Positions 33,752-47,338 of a stretch of DNA of 64,000 nucleotides are shown here, piece after piece; the stretch's first letter is position 1, and the number at the start of each line of letters is the position of its first letter. The stretch comes from Octopus vulgaris (lineage: Eukaryota). Where the stretch lies: contig OX597814.1 of NCBI GenBank assembly GCA_951406725.2, forward strand, positions 72,416,001-72,480,000. Direction: 5' to 3'. The translations under genes were made by a program, and so were the position numbers. The notes beneath the pieces are model-generated. The model ran no database searches and was not told where the DNA came from. It was given only the letters and a program-made list of their open reading frames with translations.

Positions 33752-36700
33752 CTCATCATCATTTAACGTCCGTTTCCCATGCTAGCAAGGGTTGGACGGT
33801 TTTGACTGAGGGATGGCAACCAGATGGCTGCTCCAGTCTTGATCTGACAGAGTTTCTACAGCTGGATGCCCTTCATAACGCCAACCACTCCATGCCAATG
33901 AGGATGCCCTTCCTAACGCCAACCACTCCGAGAGTGTAGTGGGTGTTTTTTACGTGCCACCTGCATGGGGGCCAGTCAGGCGGTACTGGCAATGACCTCA
34001 TCGAATCTTTTTACACGTGCCCACCGGCACAGGTACCAGTGAAGCGACGTTGGTAACGGTCACGCTCGAATGGTGCCCTTTTACATGCCACAGGTATGGA
34101 AGCCAGATGGCTGCTCCGGCAATGATCATGCTCGGATGGTGTTCTTTGCACCTTACTAGCAAAGGCATAAGTGCCAGTAAGGCGACGCTGACGCTGGTAA
34201 TGATCATACTCGAAAAGCCGCTGTCAACGAACACACTCGTATGGTGCTCTTTGCACACCACTAGCACAGATGCTAGTCATCGAAGTGATTTTGATTTGAT
34301 TTCACTTGCCTCAACAGGTATTTGCAAGCAAAGTTTAGTGACCAAAGAAGGAAAAGCTACACATAAGCGGGCTGGTTATGCTCCATGCATAGGCCACGGG
34401 TTATGGTTTCATCTGGCTTGCCGGGTCTTCTTGAGCACAGCATATTTCCAAAGGTCTCGGTCGCTAGTCATTTCCTTGGTGAGGCCTAATGTTCGAAGGT
34501 CGTGCTTCACCACTTCATCCCAAGTCTTCCTGGGTCTACCTCTTCCACAGGCTCCCTCAACTGTTAGTGTCTGGCACTTTTTCACACAGCTATCCTCATC
34601 CATTCTCATCACATGACCATACCAGCGCAGTTGTCTCTCTTGCACACCACATCTAATGCTTCTTAGGTCCAACTTTTCTCTCAAGGTACTTGCACTCTGT
34701 TGAGTATGCACACTGGGATCATACTGGCTTCATTCCTTGCGAGCTTACGCATATCCTCAGCAGTCACAGCCCATGTTTCACTGCTATGTAGCCTGGCTGT
34801 TCATACACATGTATCGTACAGTCTACCTTTTACTCTGAGCGAGAGGCCCTTTGTCACCAGCAGAGGTAAGAGCTCTCTGAACTTTGCTCAAGCTATTCTT
34901 ATTCAAGCAGCTACACTTTCAGTGCACCCTCCTCTGCTACTGATTTGGTCACCTAGATAACGGAAGCTATCAACTACTTCTAGTTTTTCTCCCAGGAATG
35001 TGGCGGATGTTGGTCTCTGCGCATTTTCAGTGTTTATCGTTCCCGAGCATCTGCCACATACAAAACCTATCTTCCCAGTTAGCCTTCCTTCGATATTACT
35101 GCACCTCTTATGTGTCCATAGCTTACACTGGGTACATTTTATAGAGTTTCTACCGACACCATTACTGCAGATCGAGCAGGGCCATCTACCTGAAGGGATT
35201 TGTGGTTTGCCTGCCTTCCTACTTATTAGTACTTTGGTTTTAGCTAGGTTGATTCTAAGGCCCTTCGTTTCTAATCCTTGTTTCCACACTTGAAACTTCT
35301 CCTCTAGTTCTGATAGCGACTCAGCGATTAGTGCAAGGTCATCAGCATATAGGAGCTCCCAGGGGCATCCTGTCTGTAATTCCTCCAGTATTGCCTGGAG
35401 GACTACGATAAACAGGAGGGCGCTGAGGACTGAACCCTGGTGGATCCCAACCTCTACCTTGAATTCTTCAGTGTACTCGTTGCCAATCCTTACCTTACTT
35501 ACAGCGTCCCTGTACATGGCTTGCACAGCTCTCACTAACCATTCATCTATCCCTTGTTTCCTCATTGACCACCAGATAAGGGATCGGACGACCCTGTGAA
35601 AGGCTTTCTCCATGTCAACGAAAGCCAAGTACAGGGGCTTATCTTTGGCCAGATATTTCTCCTGCAGCTGTCTTACCAGAAATATGGCATCAGTAGTGCT
35701 TTTCCCTGGCACGAAACCAAACTGCATCTCATCCAAGTTGACTCTCTCCCTAATCAGTTGGGCTATGACCCTCTCCGTAACCTTCATTACCTGATCCAAC
35801 AGCTTGATACCTCTGTAATTATTTATCTTTGTAGCAGTTAACTATTATGCTGCTACACCAGTCATTGGGTATGACTCCTTCGTGTATCACCTGGTTAACT
35901 ATACGGGTGACTAGGCTATAGCCGACACCACCAGATATTTTGAGTATCTCTGCAGTAATTCCTGATGGGCCTGGGGCTTTCCCTGTCTTCATGCTTCTAA
36001 TTGCCTTGACTACCAAGGAACTGTCAACTCGGATAGCTGGTCCCTCTGTTGGGTCGACATTCGGCAGACTTTCTTTATCCCATTCATTTGCTTTATTCAG
36101 CAACCTTTCATAGTGGCGTCTCCAAACCACTCTCTTTGCGTCCTCATTTAGCGCAAGTGAACCATCATCCATGTGAACACATTTCTCTCCTACCCAATCA
36201 CGATTCTCTCTCACACACTGTCTTGCAACATGGAATACCCCAAGTCTTTCGTCCTTACGGCGCAGAACAATGGCAAATTTTTTCTTATCTGCTTCCCCTC
36301 TGGCTAAATACACCTGCCTCCTAGCTTCCCTTCTGGCAGTCTGATACATTTCCCTGCTACCACCATTCTTTCAGTCCTTCCAAGCCTGTTTCTTTTGTCT
36401 AATAGCCGTGTCAACAATATTGTTCCACCACCACGTTATTTTGGGTCTTGAGGGAACTTTGCACCATCCACAGATCTGGTTAGTGGCTCTCAGCATGTTG
36501 TCCCTTAGAAACCTCCAGTTGTCTTCTACCCCATGTGAAACTATATCCCCTTCATCAAAGGCTTCAAGTAATACGTCTCTAAATCTCTGTCCATTCACAG
36601 GATATTTAAGCTTCCCGATCCTTCTTCTCCATGTTGGCCGTCTTCTAGTCGTCCTCTTAGTCCTAATCCTAAAGTCACTAACTACCAGTCTGTGTTGTGG

Positions 36701-37260
36701 GGTACATTCTTCACCTGGGAAGGTTTTGGCATTTATAAGCAGCCATCTTTCCCTTTTTCTGGCAAGGATGTTGGCCTGATTGGTAGGTGACTAGGTGGCT
36801 GGTAGATTTCCTGAAGTTAGTGTTGCAAACCATAAGATCATTCGCATGGCAGAACTCCAGCAACCTAGTTCCCTCCTCGTTGCGGGATCCATAACCATAG
36901 CCTCCATGTACACCATGGAAGACCCTGCATGTTGTCCAACATATATTGAATCACCAGCCACAAATATTAGTCTGCAGTTTGTACATCGGTCTTTCTGTCC
37001 TCTACTGTACATACCAATATGGTTGCTAATTATGATCACTAATCTAATCTTAAGTATTCTGTACATCTGATTCTCTTATATATTTTAGCTATACCCATGC
37101 AGACCCCGTCACATGTTCCCACCCATCTTGTACCTGTGTTCTTTGCCTGTGAAACTAATCCCACCTCATTCTTGAATGCAGCACATACAACACATCTCCA
37201 TTCATCACTCACAATCTAGACCTACCTTTCATGTCCCAATGTTGATCCAACCCTGATAAA
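33752..37260 (-). mobile_element. RTE-clade LINE (PHD-containing family), longer and older copy with a decayed endonuclease region
   Basis: ORF pieces 35819..36349, 34903..35799 (LAFVDMEKAF, HQGSVLS, YADD, PHD) and 34409..34711. APE remnants (CCIQE, RILKIRLV) extend to ~37260. (GAT)n tail at 33752. Confidence 0.9.
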
Positions 37261-37760
37261 CCCACACCTTACACATACTTTATGTACAAAGAAAATGCAT
37301 TTCAGGCATAGCAAATAAAGAAAGTTCAAGTTACACAAACTCATATAATTTGATACTACCTTATATAATTCATGACTTTTGATTTCATGGAACAACCGAT
37401 GAAATTCGAAAATAGTAACTACAAAATACCATAACATCTCTCTTGGAGAAGGAATACTTCATTGTAGGTATTTGGAGACATAATTGAGAGAGAGTTATGT
37501 TGCAGATTCAGGGGAGATGCATGAGCTAAATTTATCTTAGACATCGATAAGTAAGAGGAACTATAGAAATATATATTTAACATGAGACTTGAGGCTGAAA
37601 TAGACAGAGTCAAACAGAATAGAGATAAACTAAAAAGGTTAATCTATTGCGCAGAAATAATACTAGGTAGGTAACGGGATGAATTTAAAGGAATGCTTAT
37701 CTGTGATTCATCTTTTCCGTTCGTAGTTTACAGCAAAAGTTTTGAATTGAAATATATGTT

Positions 37761-37800
<40 letters not shown>

Positions 37801-37801
<1 letters not shown>

Positions 37802-39210
37802 TCAATTCAATTCAATTCAATTTTTATTGGTTCAAAAAGCAAAAGCAATGCCATGTAGGGGGACAGGGAGGGTGGTCATACAAAGAGTTCAGGCCATTTC
37901 TGGTCAACAGAGACTTTGAACCGAGTGGTCATCGACATCTTCACTATCTCGTCCGGCAGCTTATTCCACGGATCCGCAGCCCGGACGAAGAAAGCCCTTC
38001 TCCTTCAATTGAGATGAAATCGTCGTATATAGAGCTTTTTGGAGTGACTCCATAGCCCACGCTTTTACACTTTCCGTTTATGATGTTGTGAGCGAGAATG
38101 AGATCACCACGGCATCTGCGTTTTTGGAGAGAATAAAGGTCGAGCGTCTTCAGCCTTTCTTCATAAGACAAATGCTTCAAACCAAGAACCATGCGAGTAG
38201 CCAGCTTCTGGACTCTTTCAAGATGATGTATGTCTTTAAGGAGATAAGGAGAAGAGGCCTTACCAGCGTGACATAGAGCGGTAGGAATATGGCTGCTGTG
38301 AGCATTCCGAATGACTGTCGAATGAAAAACAGAACTCCGTGTGCTTTGTTGGCAGCATGGACGCATTGGGCCGAAGGCGAAAAGGAAGAATCCACCAAGA
38401 TACCCAGGTCCTTTACTTGGTCGGTCTTCTCCAGCAGCAGATGACCCAGCTCGAAATGAAGTTGAGTTGCAGGAGAGGAGCCAACAGGCAGATGACAGTA
38501 CTTTGACACATTCAGACACAGGTCCCATTCATTCAACCATCTCCAAACTTGATGGAGGCATCGACGAAGATCATCTATATCACTGTGAGGAGCAACCAGT
38601 TTGACATTGTCGGCAAATAGAAGGGTGTGTTGCGTAAGGTTGTCAGGCAAGTCATTGATGAAGACTAAAAACAATAACAGCCCAAGCACTGAACCGTGAG
38701 GCACGCCACTGCTCGCACTGGAGATGTCGGACAGCGAACCATTAACTTGAACTTGGAAGGAGCGATCTGAGAGGAAGGCACCAACCCATCATACAATATC
38801 CGGATGGAAACGATATGCTTGAAGTTTGACAAGTAATAAGCGGTGGTTTACCAAATCAAAAACTTTGGCAAAGTCCAATAAAATGATGTCAACGGCATCA
38901 CCATCATCCAGGATATGTATCACCAATTCTTCCATTACCAGTAAGTTGGTCAAGCATGATGTCTTCGGCACGAAGCCGTGTTGGGATAGAGGCTGTGTTT
39001 TGGAGGTGGAGCAGCATACTTTTCTTAAGGATGGTTTCGAACATCTTGCTGATTATTGAAGTAAGGGAAACTGGTCGGTAGTTAAGCGAGTCTTCGCGGC
39101 TCTCTTTCTTGAAAATCGGGCAGATTATCACTGTTCTCCAGTCTGCAGGTATAACACCCGTCGCCAATGACATATTGAATAGAAGTGTTAAAGGTTCGCA
39201 GATGACCGGA

Positions 39211-39213
<3 letters not shown>
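37801..39213 (-). mobile_element. Decayed CR1-group LINE fragment with a (TTGAA)n tail
   Basis: [48 protein letters not shown], with frameshifts. Confidence 0.85.
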
Positions 39214-40106
<893 letters not shown>

Positions 40107-40950
40107 CTAGCAGAATTGCTCGGCGTTGCTCGGGGCTGAATTGCTTGAAAGTACTGTTAATGATTGCACTGAATTATGATGATTATTCAGGCAAATATTG
40201 ATATAAGTTTATGGTGGGAGATAAGGACTTAACGATCAAACGTGTGCCATTGCATTGTTTTGGGGGAACCAAATTTCTGATGAGCATTATAGGGGCACTA
40301 ACTTTAAGTTTGAGAAAGTGTGGTGGTAGTCCGGGGTGCTCAAAGGAATTGCGTACCTCTATTGGATAGTTGATGACGTCCTCTGGGTCAGGAGTTGTAT
40401 CGATAGACTGATATACATAGACTTCCCCAGGAATAAGTTTTAGCATTTCATCATTAATATGGTGAACAGTTTTATTCCTCGGGGCCAGTATAGCCTTTTT
40501 GCCAATCCAATCCATATTCTGATAATTAGCTTGTAGATCTGGGAACACTGCATCTCTGAGATCAGAAGGCGTCTTAACAATGGTACAAATGGAATCGATG
40601 GCAATATTACCATTTTCATCCCCTGGTATTTTGCCTTCGCCAAGTGCAAGGAGGATGTGAGGAAATGCTGCTGATGTGATATTACGTCGCATATGAGCAC
40701 GCATATTGGTGTGAAGTTTGAGAGTTACTTCCCTTTATTTAAAAAAATATGCATTAAAATGGAAAAAAATGATGGTAAATTATTTGTAAAATCATCGACT
40801 CATCGTAGACGCGTGCTAATACCCAGAAGGGCTCGATATGAATCACGACTATAAGATACCCGGTTTTGGTTAAACTGCATCGCAAAATGTGGGAGTAGTT
40901 AGGAATCTAAATCGGAGTAGACAGACACACAACCTTTCTTTTATCTCTTA
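40107..40950 (-). mobile_element. Internally deleted Helitron carrying a Pif1 helicase fragment
   Basis: CTAG at 40107 preceded by a CCGAGCAACGCCGAG hairpin-like motif. ORF 40183..40704 (AILAPRN..GLPPH.LKLKV.APIMLIRNL..QCNGTRL) is homologous to the RepHel helicase. Confidence 0.88.
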
Positions 40951-42759
40951 CTAGCAGTATTGCCCGGCGTTGCTCGGGTTTGTTTCGACCCGCTGGAATT
41001 GTAATTTTGAAAAGTAAAAATTTTGTGAACATTTTTCTGGTCGAAATACACCGAAAAGTGGCGACACAGCAGTGAAAAAATCGTAAAAAATAGGGATTTT
41101 CATAGAAAAAAGCATCTTTTTGATGTAAATAATTTTTGGTGTTAACATGGTCCGATTTGAATTTTATGTTCTACAGAAGGAAGAGCAACCCTTCTTCTAT
41201 CATACTCTCAATTTTGGTCAACTTGCGCCGCAGGGTCTCGGAGGAGATAGTGTTAGTTGAAGGTTACCAAACGTGGCGCACACAGACAACTTTAGCTTTA
41301 TATAGAGATAAAACTTAAATAATAATTTTTTTTACACAAACGCGAACGGGGAAAAGGGGGTGGCGAATTCGATTTTTTTTATTTTCGTTGAATGAATATA
41401 AAAAATGTATAATATATGTTGTACATACCTAAATTTTTTCTTTTTCATGACATTGTAGCAAAATAGTAGTGAATTATATAAATACCAGCAGTACATTTTT
41501 TTTCTGGGGTATTTTTTTCAACCTCGTCACATATTTGCCCCTTTCAATTTAAACAAAGTCTTAATTAAGCAATTACGGCAGCTTAGCAATGGTTTCAATA
41601 CAGGCGTGACATATGTATCTCAATTGTTCAAAACCCTTCGAATTTTTTCGCACGTGATGATATCATAGTGAAAACTTTCAATTACGCGTGCTTAGAAGTA
41701 CGCTCGCAAATTAATACTACCAAAATTTTGAAGTTCGCGCTCCGCTTGTGTGTGTGTGCGTGCTTTAGGTGTACGTAGGTATGTGTTTTTGTGTGTGTGT
41801 CACTGAAGCCATACATACATATATACATACATAACCTCTCTCTCTTTTTTCTCTCTCAGTCACTCACTACAAAAAGTGAATAAAAAAAGTTCAGTTATTT
41901 CTGTCTTTCACTCTCTCTGTCTCTTTACACACACTAACAAAAGCACTTCACTTACACACCACACTTTCTGTGTCGCACAACCCATCAAACACACACACAC
42001 TCACGCACACACACATGTACATCAATGCTTTCGGAGTGAAATGTTAAAATATTGAGTTTTCTCGAATTTTGTCTTAATTGGGGGTGAAATTGAAAGAAAT
42101 TTGTTATGGCATGACCGAATGGAGTACTTTGAAAAATCTTAGGTAAACTCTAATTGAAGAAATTGTGTGAGGAGTAAATCGTTATGTATTTATTTGTTTC
42201 TGTTTGCTGTGTTTTTTTATTTTTTGAGTAGTGGTTTAAGGTACACTTGCAAAGAGAAAGTGGGAGAAATTATGTTGATAGCATGCATGATCCGTTTTAT
42301 AGAAATACTTTCAGTTTAGTCTTCCTCAAATCACTCTGTCGCTATTTACTCTCTTCCAAGAACATTTTCACTCACTCTTATCTCTTAGCTTGCCATACAT
42401 TTTACTCATGTATCTATCAGCGTGATAGACAGAAACAAATATTACATCGCCATCGCATTCTATTGTCTACCTGTCAACACACAGTGAATTACTTTCGCTT
42501 TATTCGTTGCACACTGTGTGTGTGCGTGTGCGTGTGGTGTAAACCACATTAAGAAAAGCATTTGACATACACACCAGAATGTGAGTTTTCTGTAAATTTT
42601 GCTTAATTGGAGTTTAAATTTTAAAAACTGGACCTGGCATGACCCGATGCATTCTACTCTTAAAAATGCTAGGTAAATTGTAATTGAAGAAATCCTATAT
42701 TGTAGATTTCTATAACTGACAAAGGGAGGCAGATAAAATCTGCCTTTTATAATAAGAGA
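40951..42759 (-). mobile_element. Non-autonomous Helitron(s): one 3' end (CTAG 40951) and two TC-start 5' ends (41308, 42759)
   Basis: CCCGAGCAACGCCGGGCAATACTGCTAG terminus. 5'-like starts TCTCTATATAAA and TCTCTTATTATAAAAGGCAG. Confidence 0.7.
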
Positions 42760-42964
42760 TATATATGTATATATATATATATATGTGTGTGTGTATAAAA
42801 AATTAGAAAAAATCCCCCTCCTTTTATCAATTCAAAATGAACAATTAAATTACACCATCTAGAAAATTACATATAATAGAAAAGTTAAAATTAAAATAAC
42901 AATAAAATGTAAAGATTAAGTAAATTGCAAAAATAATAATAAAAACGTATACAATAGGTAGAAA

Positions 42965-43051
42965 AACGACACATGTTTCGCAGCTATATTTAAGAAATGA
43001 TTATGGTAGTAGAGAAATCATTTCGATATAAATATAATTGCTCATCAGGTT
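42965..43051 (-). ncRNA. Type I hammerhead ribozyme with extended helix II
   Basis: aac-CTGATGA-gcaattatattt..gaaatgatt..aatcatttc..aaatatagctgc-GAAA-catgtg-TC-gtt. All core nucleotides are present. Confidence 0.75.
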
Positions 43052-43109
43052 AAAAATAAAATAGAACAATAAAATAATTAATTAATAAATATACTTTAAT
43101 GTGTGTGTG

Positions 43110-43156
<47 letters not shown>

Positions 43157-43157
<1 letters not shown>

Positions 43158-46060
43158 CTTAAAGATCCTGCAAATGGACAGAGATTTAGAGACGTACTAC
43201 TTGAAGCCTTTGACGAAATAGAAGGGGATATAGCTTCACTTAATGTGGAAGACAACTGGAGATTTCTACGGGACAATCTGCTGACAGCCACTGACCAGAT
43301 CTGTGGATGGAGCAAAGTACCATCTCGACCCAGAGTAACATGGTGGTGGAACACTGTGGTTGACAGGGCTATTAGACAAAAGAGACAGGCTTGGAAGGAT
43401 TGGAAGAACGGTGGTAGCAGGGAATTGTATCAGACAGCCAGAAGGGAAGCTAGGAGACAGGTTTATTTAGCCAGAGGGGAATCGGATAAGAAAAAATTTG
43501 CCAATGTTCTCAGCCGTGAGGATGAAAGACTTGAGGTATTTCGTGTTGCAAGACAGTGTGTGAGAGAGAATCGTGATTGGGTAGGAGAGAAATGTGTTCA
43601 CATGGATGATGGTTCGCTTGAGATGGATGCAAAGAGAGAGGTTTGGAGATGCCACTATGAAAGGTTGCTGAATAAAGAAAATGAATGGGATAAAGAGAGT
43701 CTGCCGAATGTTGACCCAACAGAGGGACCAGCTATCCGAGTTGATAGTTCCGTGGTAGCTAAGGCAATTAGAAGCATGAAGACAGGGAAAGCCCCAGGCC
43801 CATCAGGAATTACTGTAGAGATGCTCAAAATATCTGGCAGTGTCGGCTATAACCTAGTCACCCGTATAGTCAACCAGGTGATACACGAAGGAGTCATACC
43901 CAATGACTGGTGTAGCAGCATACTAGTCAACTGCTACAAAGGTAAAGGTGATGCCCTAGATACAAATAATTACAGAGGTATCAAGCTGTTGGATCAGGTA
44001 ATGAAGGTTACGGAGAGGGTCATAGCCCAACTAATTAGAGAGAGAGTTAGTTTAGATGAGATGCAGTTTGGGTTCGTGCCAGGGAAAAGCACCACTGATG
44101 CTATATTCCTGGTAAGGCAGCTGCAGGAGAAATACCTAGCCAAAGATAAGCCCCTGTACCTGGCTTTCGTTGACATGGAGAAAACCTTTGATAGGGTCCC
44201 CCGATCCCTCATCTGTTGGTCAATGAGGAAACTAGGGATAGATGAATGGCTGGTGAGGGCTGTGCAAGCCATGTACAGAGATGCCGTAAGTAAGGTTAGG
44301 GTTGGCAACATGTACACAGAAGAATTCAAAGTAGAGGTAGGGGTCCACCAGGGTTCAGTACTCAGCACCCTCATATTTATCATAGTCCTCCAGACAATTG
44401 TGGAGGAATTCAAGACGGGTTGCCCCTGGGAGCTCCTCTATGTTGACGACCTTGCTCTAATTGCTGAGTCACTATCAGAACTGGAGGAGAAGTTCCAGGT
44501 GTGGAAGGAGGGTTTAGAATCGAGGGGCCTTAGAGTCAACCTAGCTAAAACCAAAGTACTAATAAGTAGAAAGGTAGACAATCCACAAATGTCTTCAGGA
44601 AGATGGCCCTGCTCGATCTGTAGAAAAGGTGTAGGTAGAAACTCTATAAGATGTACCCAGTGTAAGCTATGGACACATAAAAGGTGCAGCAATGTCAAAG
44701 GTAGGCTAACTGGGATGATAGTTTTTGTATGTGGCAGATGCTCTGGAGCATTGACCTCCGAAAATCTGCAGAAAACAACTTCCGTCACTTTCCAGTGGGA
44801 AAAACTAGAAGTAGTTGTTAGCTTCCGTCATCTAGGTGACCAAGTCAGTAGTGGGGGTGGGTGCGCTGAAAGTGTAACTGCTAGAATAAGAATAGCCTGG
44901 GCAAAGTTTAGGGAGCTCTTACCTCTGCTGGTGACTAAAGGCCTCTCGCTCAGAGTAAAAGGCAGACTGTATGATGCATGTGTACGAACTGCCATGCTAC
45001 ATGGCAGTGAAACATGGGCCGTGACTGCTGAGGACATGCGTAAGCTCATGAGGAATGAAGCCAGTATGCTCCGATGGATGTGTATTGTCAGTGTACTTAC
45101 TCGACAGAGCGTTAGTACCTTGAGAGAAATGTTGTACCTAAGAAGCATCAGTTGTGGTGTGCAAGAGAGACGATTGCGCTGGTATGGTCATGTGGCGAGA
45201 ATGGATGAAGAAAGGTGTGTGAGAAAGTGCCAATCCCTAGCAGTTGAGGGAACCCGTGAAAGAGGTAGACCCAGGAAAACCTGGGACGAGGTGGTGAAGC
45301 ACAACCTTCGAACGTTAGGTGTCACCATGGAAATGACTAGAGACCGAGACCTATGGAAGTATGCTGTGCGTGAGAAGACCCGGCAAGTCTAGTGAAGCCA
45401 TAACCCGTGGTTCCTACCTGGGACGTAGTCAGTCCACCTGTGCATACCTTCCTTCTTGTGACACTTGTGAAGACCTGTTGAGGCAAGTGAAAATCAAATC
45501 AAATCAAACCAAATCAAAATAGATGAACATCAATGGAATTTGTATCCTTGTGGTACCAGTGCCGGTGGCACATAAGAAAACCATCCGAACGTGGCCGTAG
45601 CCAGTACCGCATCGACTGGCCTCTGTGCTGTGGGCACGTAACAAACACCATCCGATCGTGGCCGTTCGCCAGCCACATCTGGCACCTGTGTCGGTGGCAC
45701 ATAAAAAACACCATCCGAGTGTGGCCGTCTGCTAGCCTCGTCTGGCACCTGTGTCGGCGGCACATAAAAAACACCATCCGAGCGTGGCCGTCTGCCAGCC
45801 TCGTCTGGCACCTGTGTCGGTGGCGCATAAAAAACACCATCCGAGCGTGGCTGTCTGCCAGCCTCGTCTGGCACCTGTGTCGGTGGCACATAAAATCGCC
45901 CACTACACTCTCGGAGTGGTTGGCGTTAGGAAGGGCATCGAGCTGTAAAAACACTGCCAGATCTGACTGGCCTGGTGCAGCCTTCGGGCTCGCCAGACCC
46001 CAGTTGAACCGTCCAACCCATGCTAGCATGGAAAGCAGACATTAAACGATGATGATGATG
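43157..46060 (+). mobile_element. 5'-truncated RTE-clade LINE (PHD family), RT frame open to 45392
   Basis: NYRGIKLL, QFGFVPGKSTTDAIF, LAFVDMEKTFDRV, GVHQGSVLS, YVDD, PHD, GRPRKTW. Five ~63-bp 3' UTR units and a (GAT)n tail. Confidence 0.93.
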
Positions 46061-46366
46061 ATATATATATATATATATATATATGAAAATCCGAAATATA
46101 CATAAGTGAAAAATAAAATAATACTTCAATAATTAAATACTTTAAAATTAAATAAAATACACAAAGCTAGTACAAGTCATTAAATTGTAATCAAAATAAG
46201 AAATGTTTCAAATATAGACAAACTCCTTAAATAAGCTAACCATATAATAAATATACATGTGTAGTATCTATAGATTTAATATAAGAATCTATAACAAAAT
46301 TGACTAAATATCAAATAATATAATACCTAATTAACTTAAATTTAGTATTAATAATTTCTTAAATAT

Positions 46367-46563
46367 ATTTCTTAAATATAGCCGCAAAACACATGTCGTT
46401 TTTCTATCTATTATATACGTTTTTATTATTTTTGCAATTTACTTAATCTTTACATTTTATTGTTATTTTAATTTTAACTTTTCTATTATATGTAATTTTC
46501 TAGATGGTGTAATGTAATTGTTCATTTTGAATTGATAAAAGGTGGGGTTTTTTTCTAATTTTT
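46367..46563 (+). repeat. Inverted partial copy of the hammerhead element at 42797-42997
   Basis: Reverse complement of 42797-42997, including the 3' half of the ribozyme (gccgc-AAAA-cacatg-TC-gtt). Confidence 0.85.
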
Positions 46564-46663
46564 AATATATTATATTGTGTGAAATTTGATTTAGTATTTC
46601 TAAATTGAATTTTTTTCCTTGTAAGTTTGGATTTTATTCCCTCAAATAATAAATATATATATG

Positions 46664-46703
<40 letters not shown>

Positions 46704-46800
46704 GGAGTAAACACATAAATGTGAAACAAGGTGGAAAAAAGAGTACTTAAATACCAATGGTAGAGTAGTATGCTTTATTTAAAGCAGCAGAAAATTCAAC

Positions 46801-46848
46801 AAAATCTGTTACTCTGAGTTTCTCGTTGCCGTTCATCAGACAGTTTTT
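46801..46848 (-). ncRNA. Minimal type I hammerhead ribozyme in a small TA-flanked element (46702-46985)
   Basis: ctgt-CTGATGA-acg-GCAA-cga-GAAA-ctcagag-TA-acag. Helix I ctgt/acag, GNRA loop, A.A mismatch at the base of helix II. Confidence 0.7.
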
Positions 46849-47200
46849 GCTAGAATGGAACCGATATATCAATTCAATCCAGACTCTTACAAACGCTACA
46901 CCTTTAAAAAAATGGACTTGTTTGATTGGCCCTTTAGAAATAACGGTCAATCTTTGAGTGATAAATAAAAAAAATGAGCTCAAAAATAAATGTATATATA
47001 TATATATAAAAAAATTATAAAAATTATAAAATTCGAGGAAACCTTACATTGAATAAAATACTTATTGACGTTAATGAAGGAAATATAATTAATGCATGGA
47101 AATTAAAACGCATTTTAAATATTACACTGCAATACATATTCATATTAAAGTGTACATATATATATTAACATACACAGAAGGATGCGTGCAAACGCCGTAC

Positions 47201-47281
<81 letters not shown>

Positions 47282-47338
47282 TATGTATATATATATATAT
47301 GTATATATATATATGTGTATATATATATATATGTGTAT

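Noticed and set aside
37360-37437. Possible GPR107 first coding exon (MLWYFVVTIF...ELYK|gtagta)
   Set aside because: The phase fits, but the signal peptide is poor and there is no R-x-H-x-L-like motif. Not supportable without transcripts.
45580-45900. Regularly spaced ~63-bp repeats resembling a CRISPR array
   Set aside because: Whole units are repeated with no unique spacers, there are no cas genes, and they lie in a eukaryotic LINE 3' UTR.
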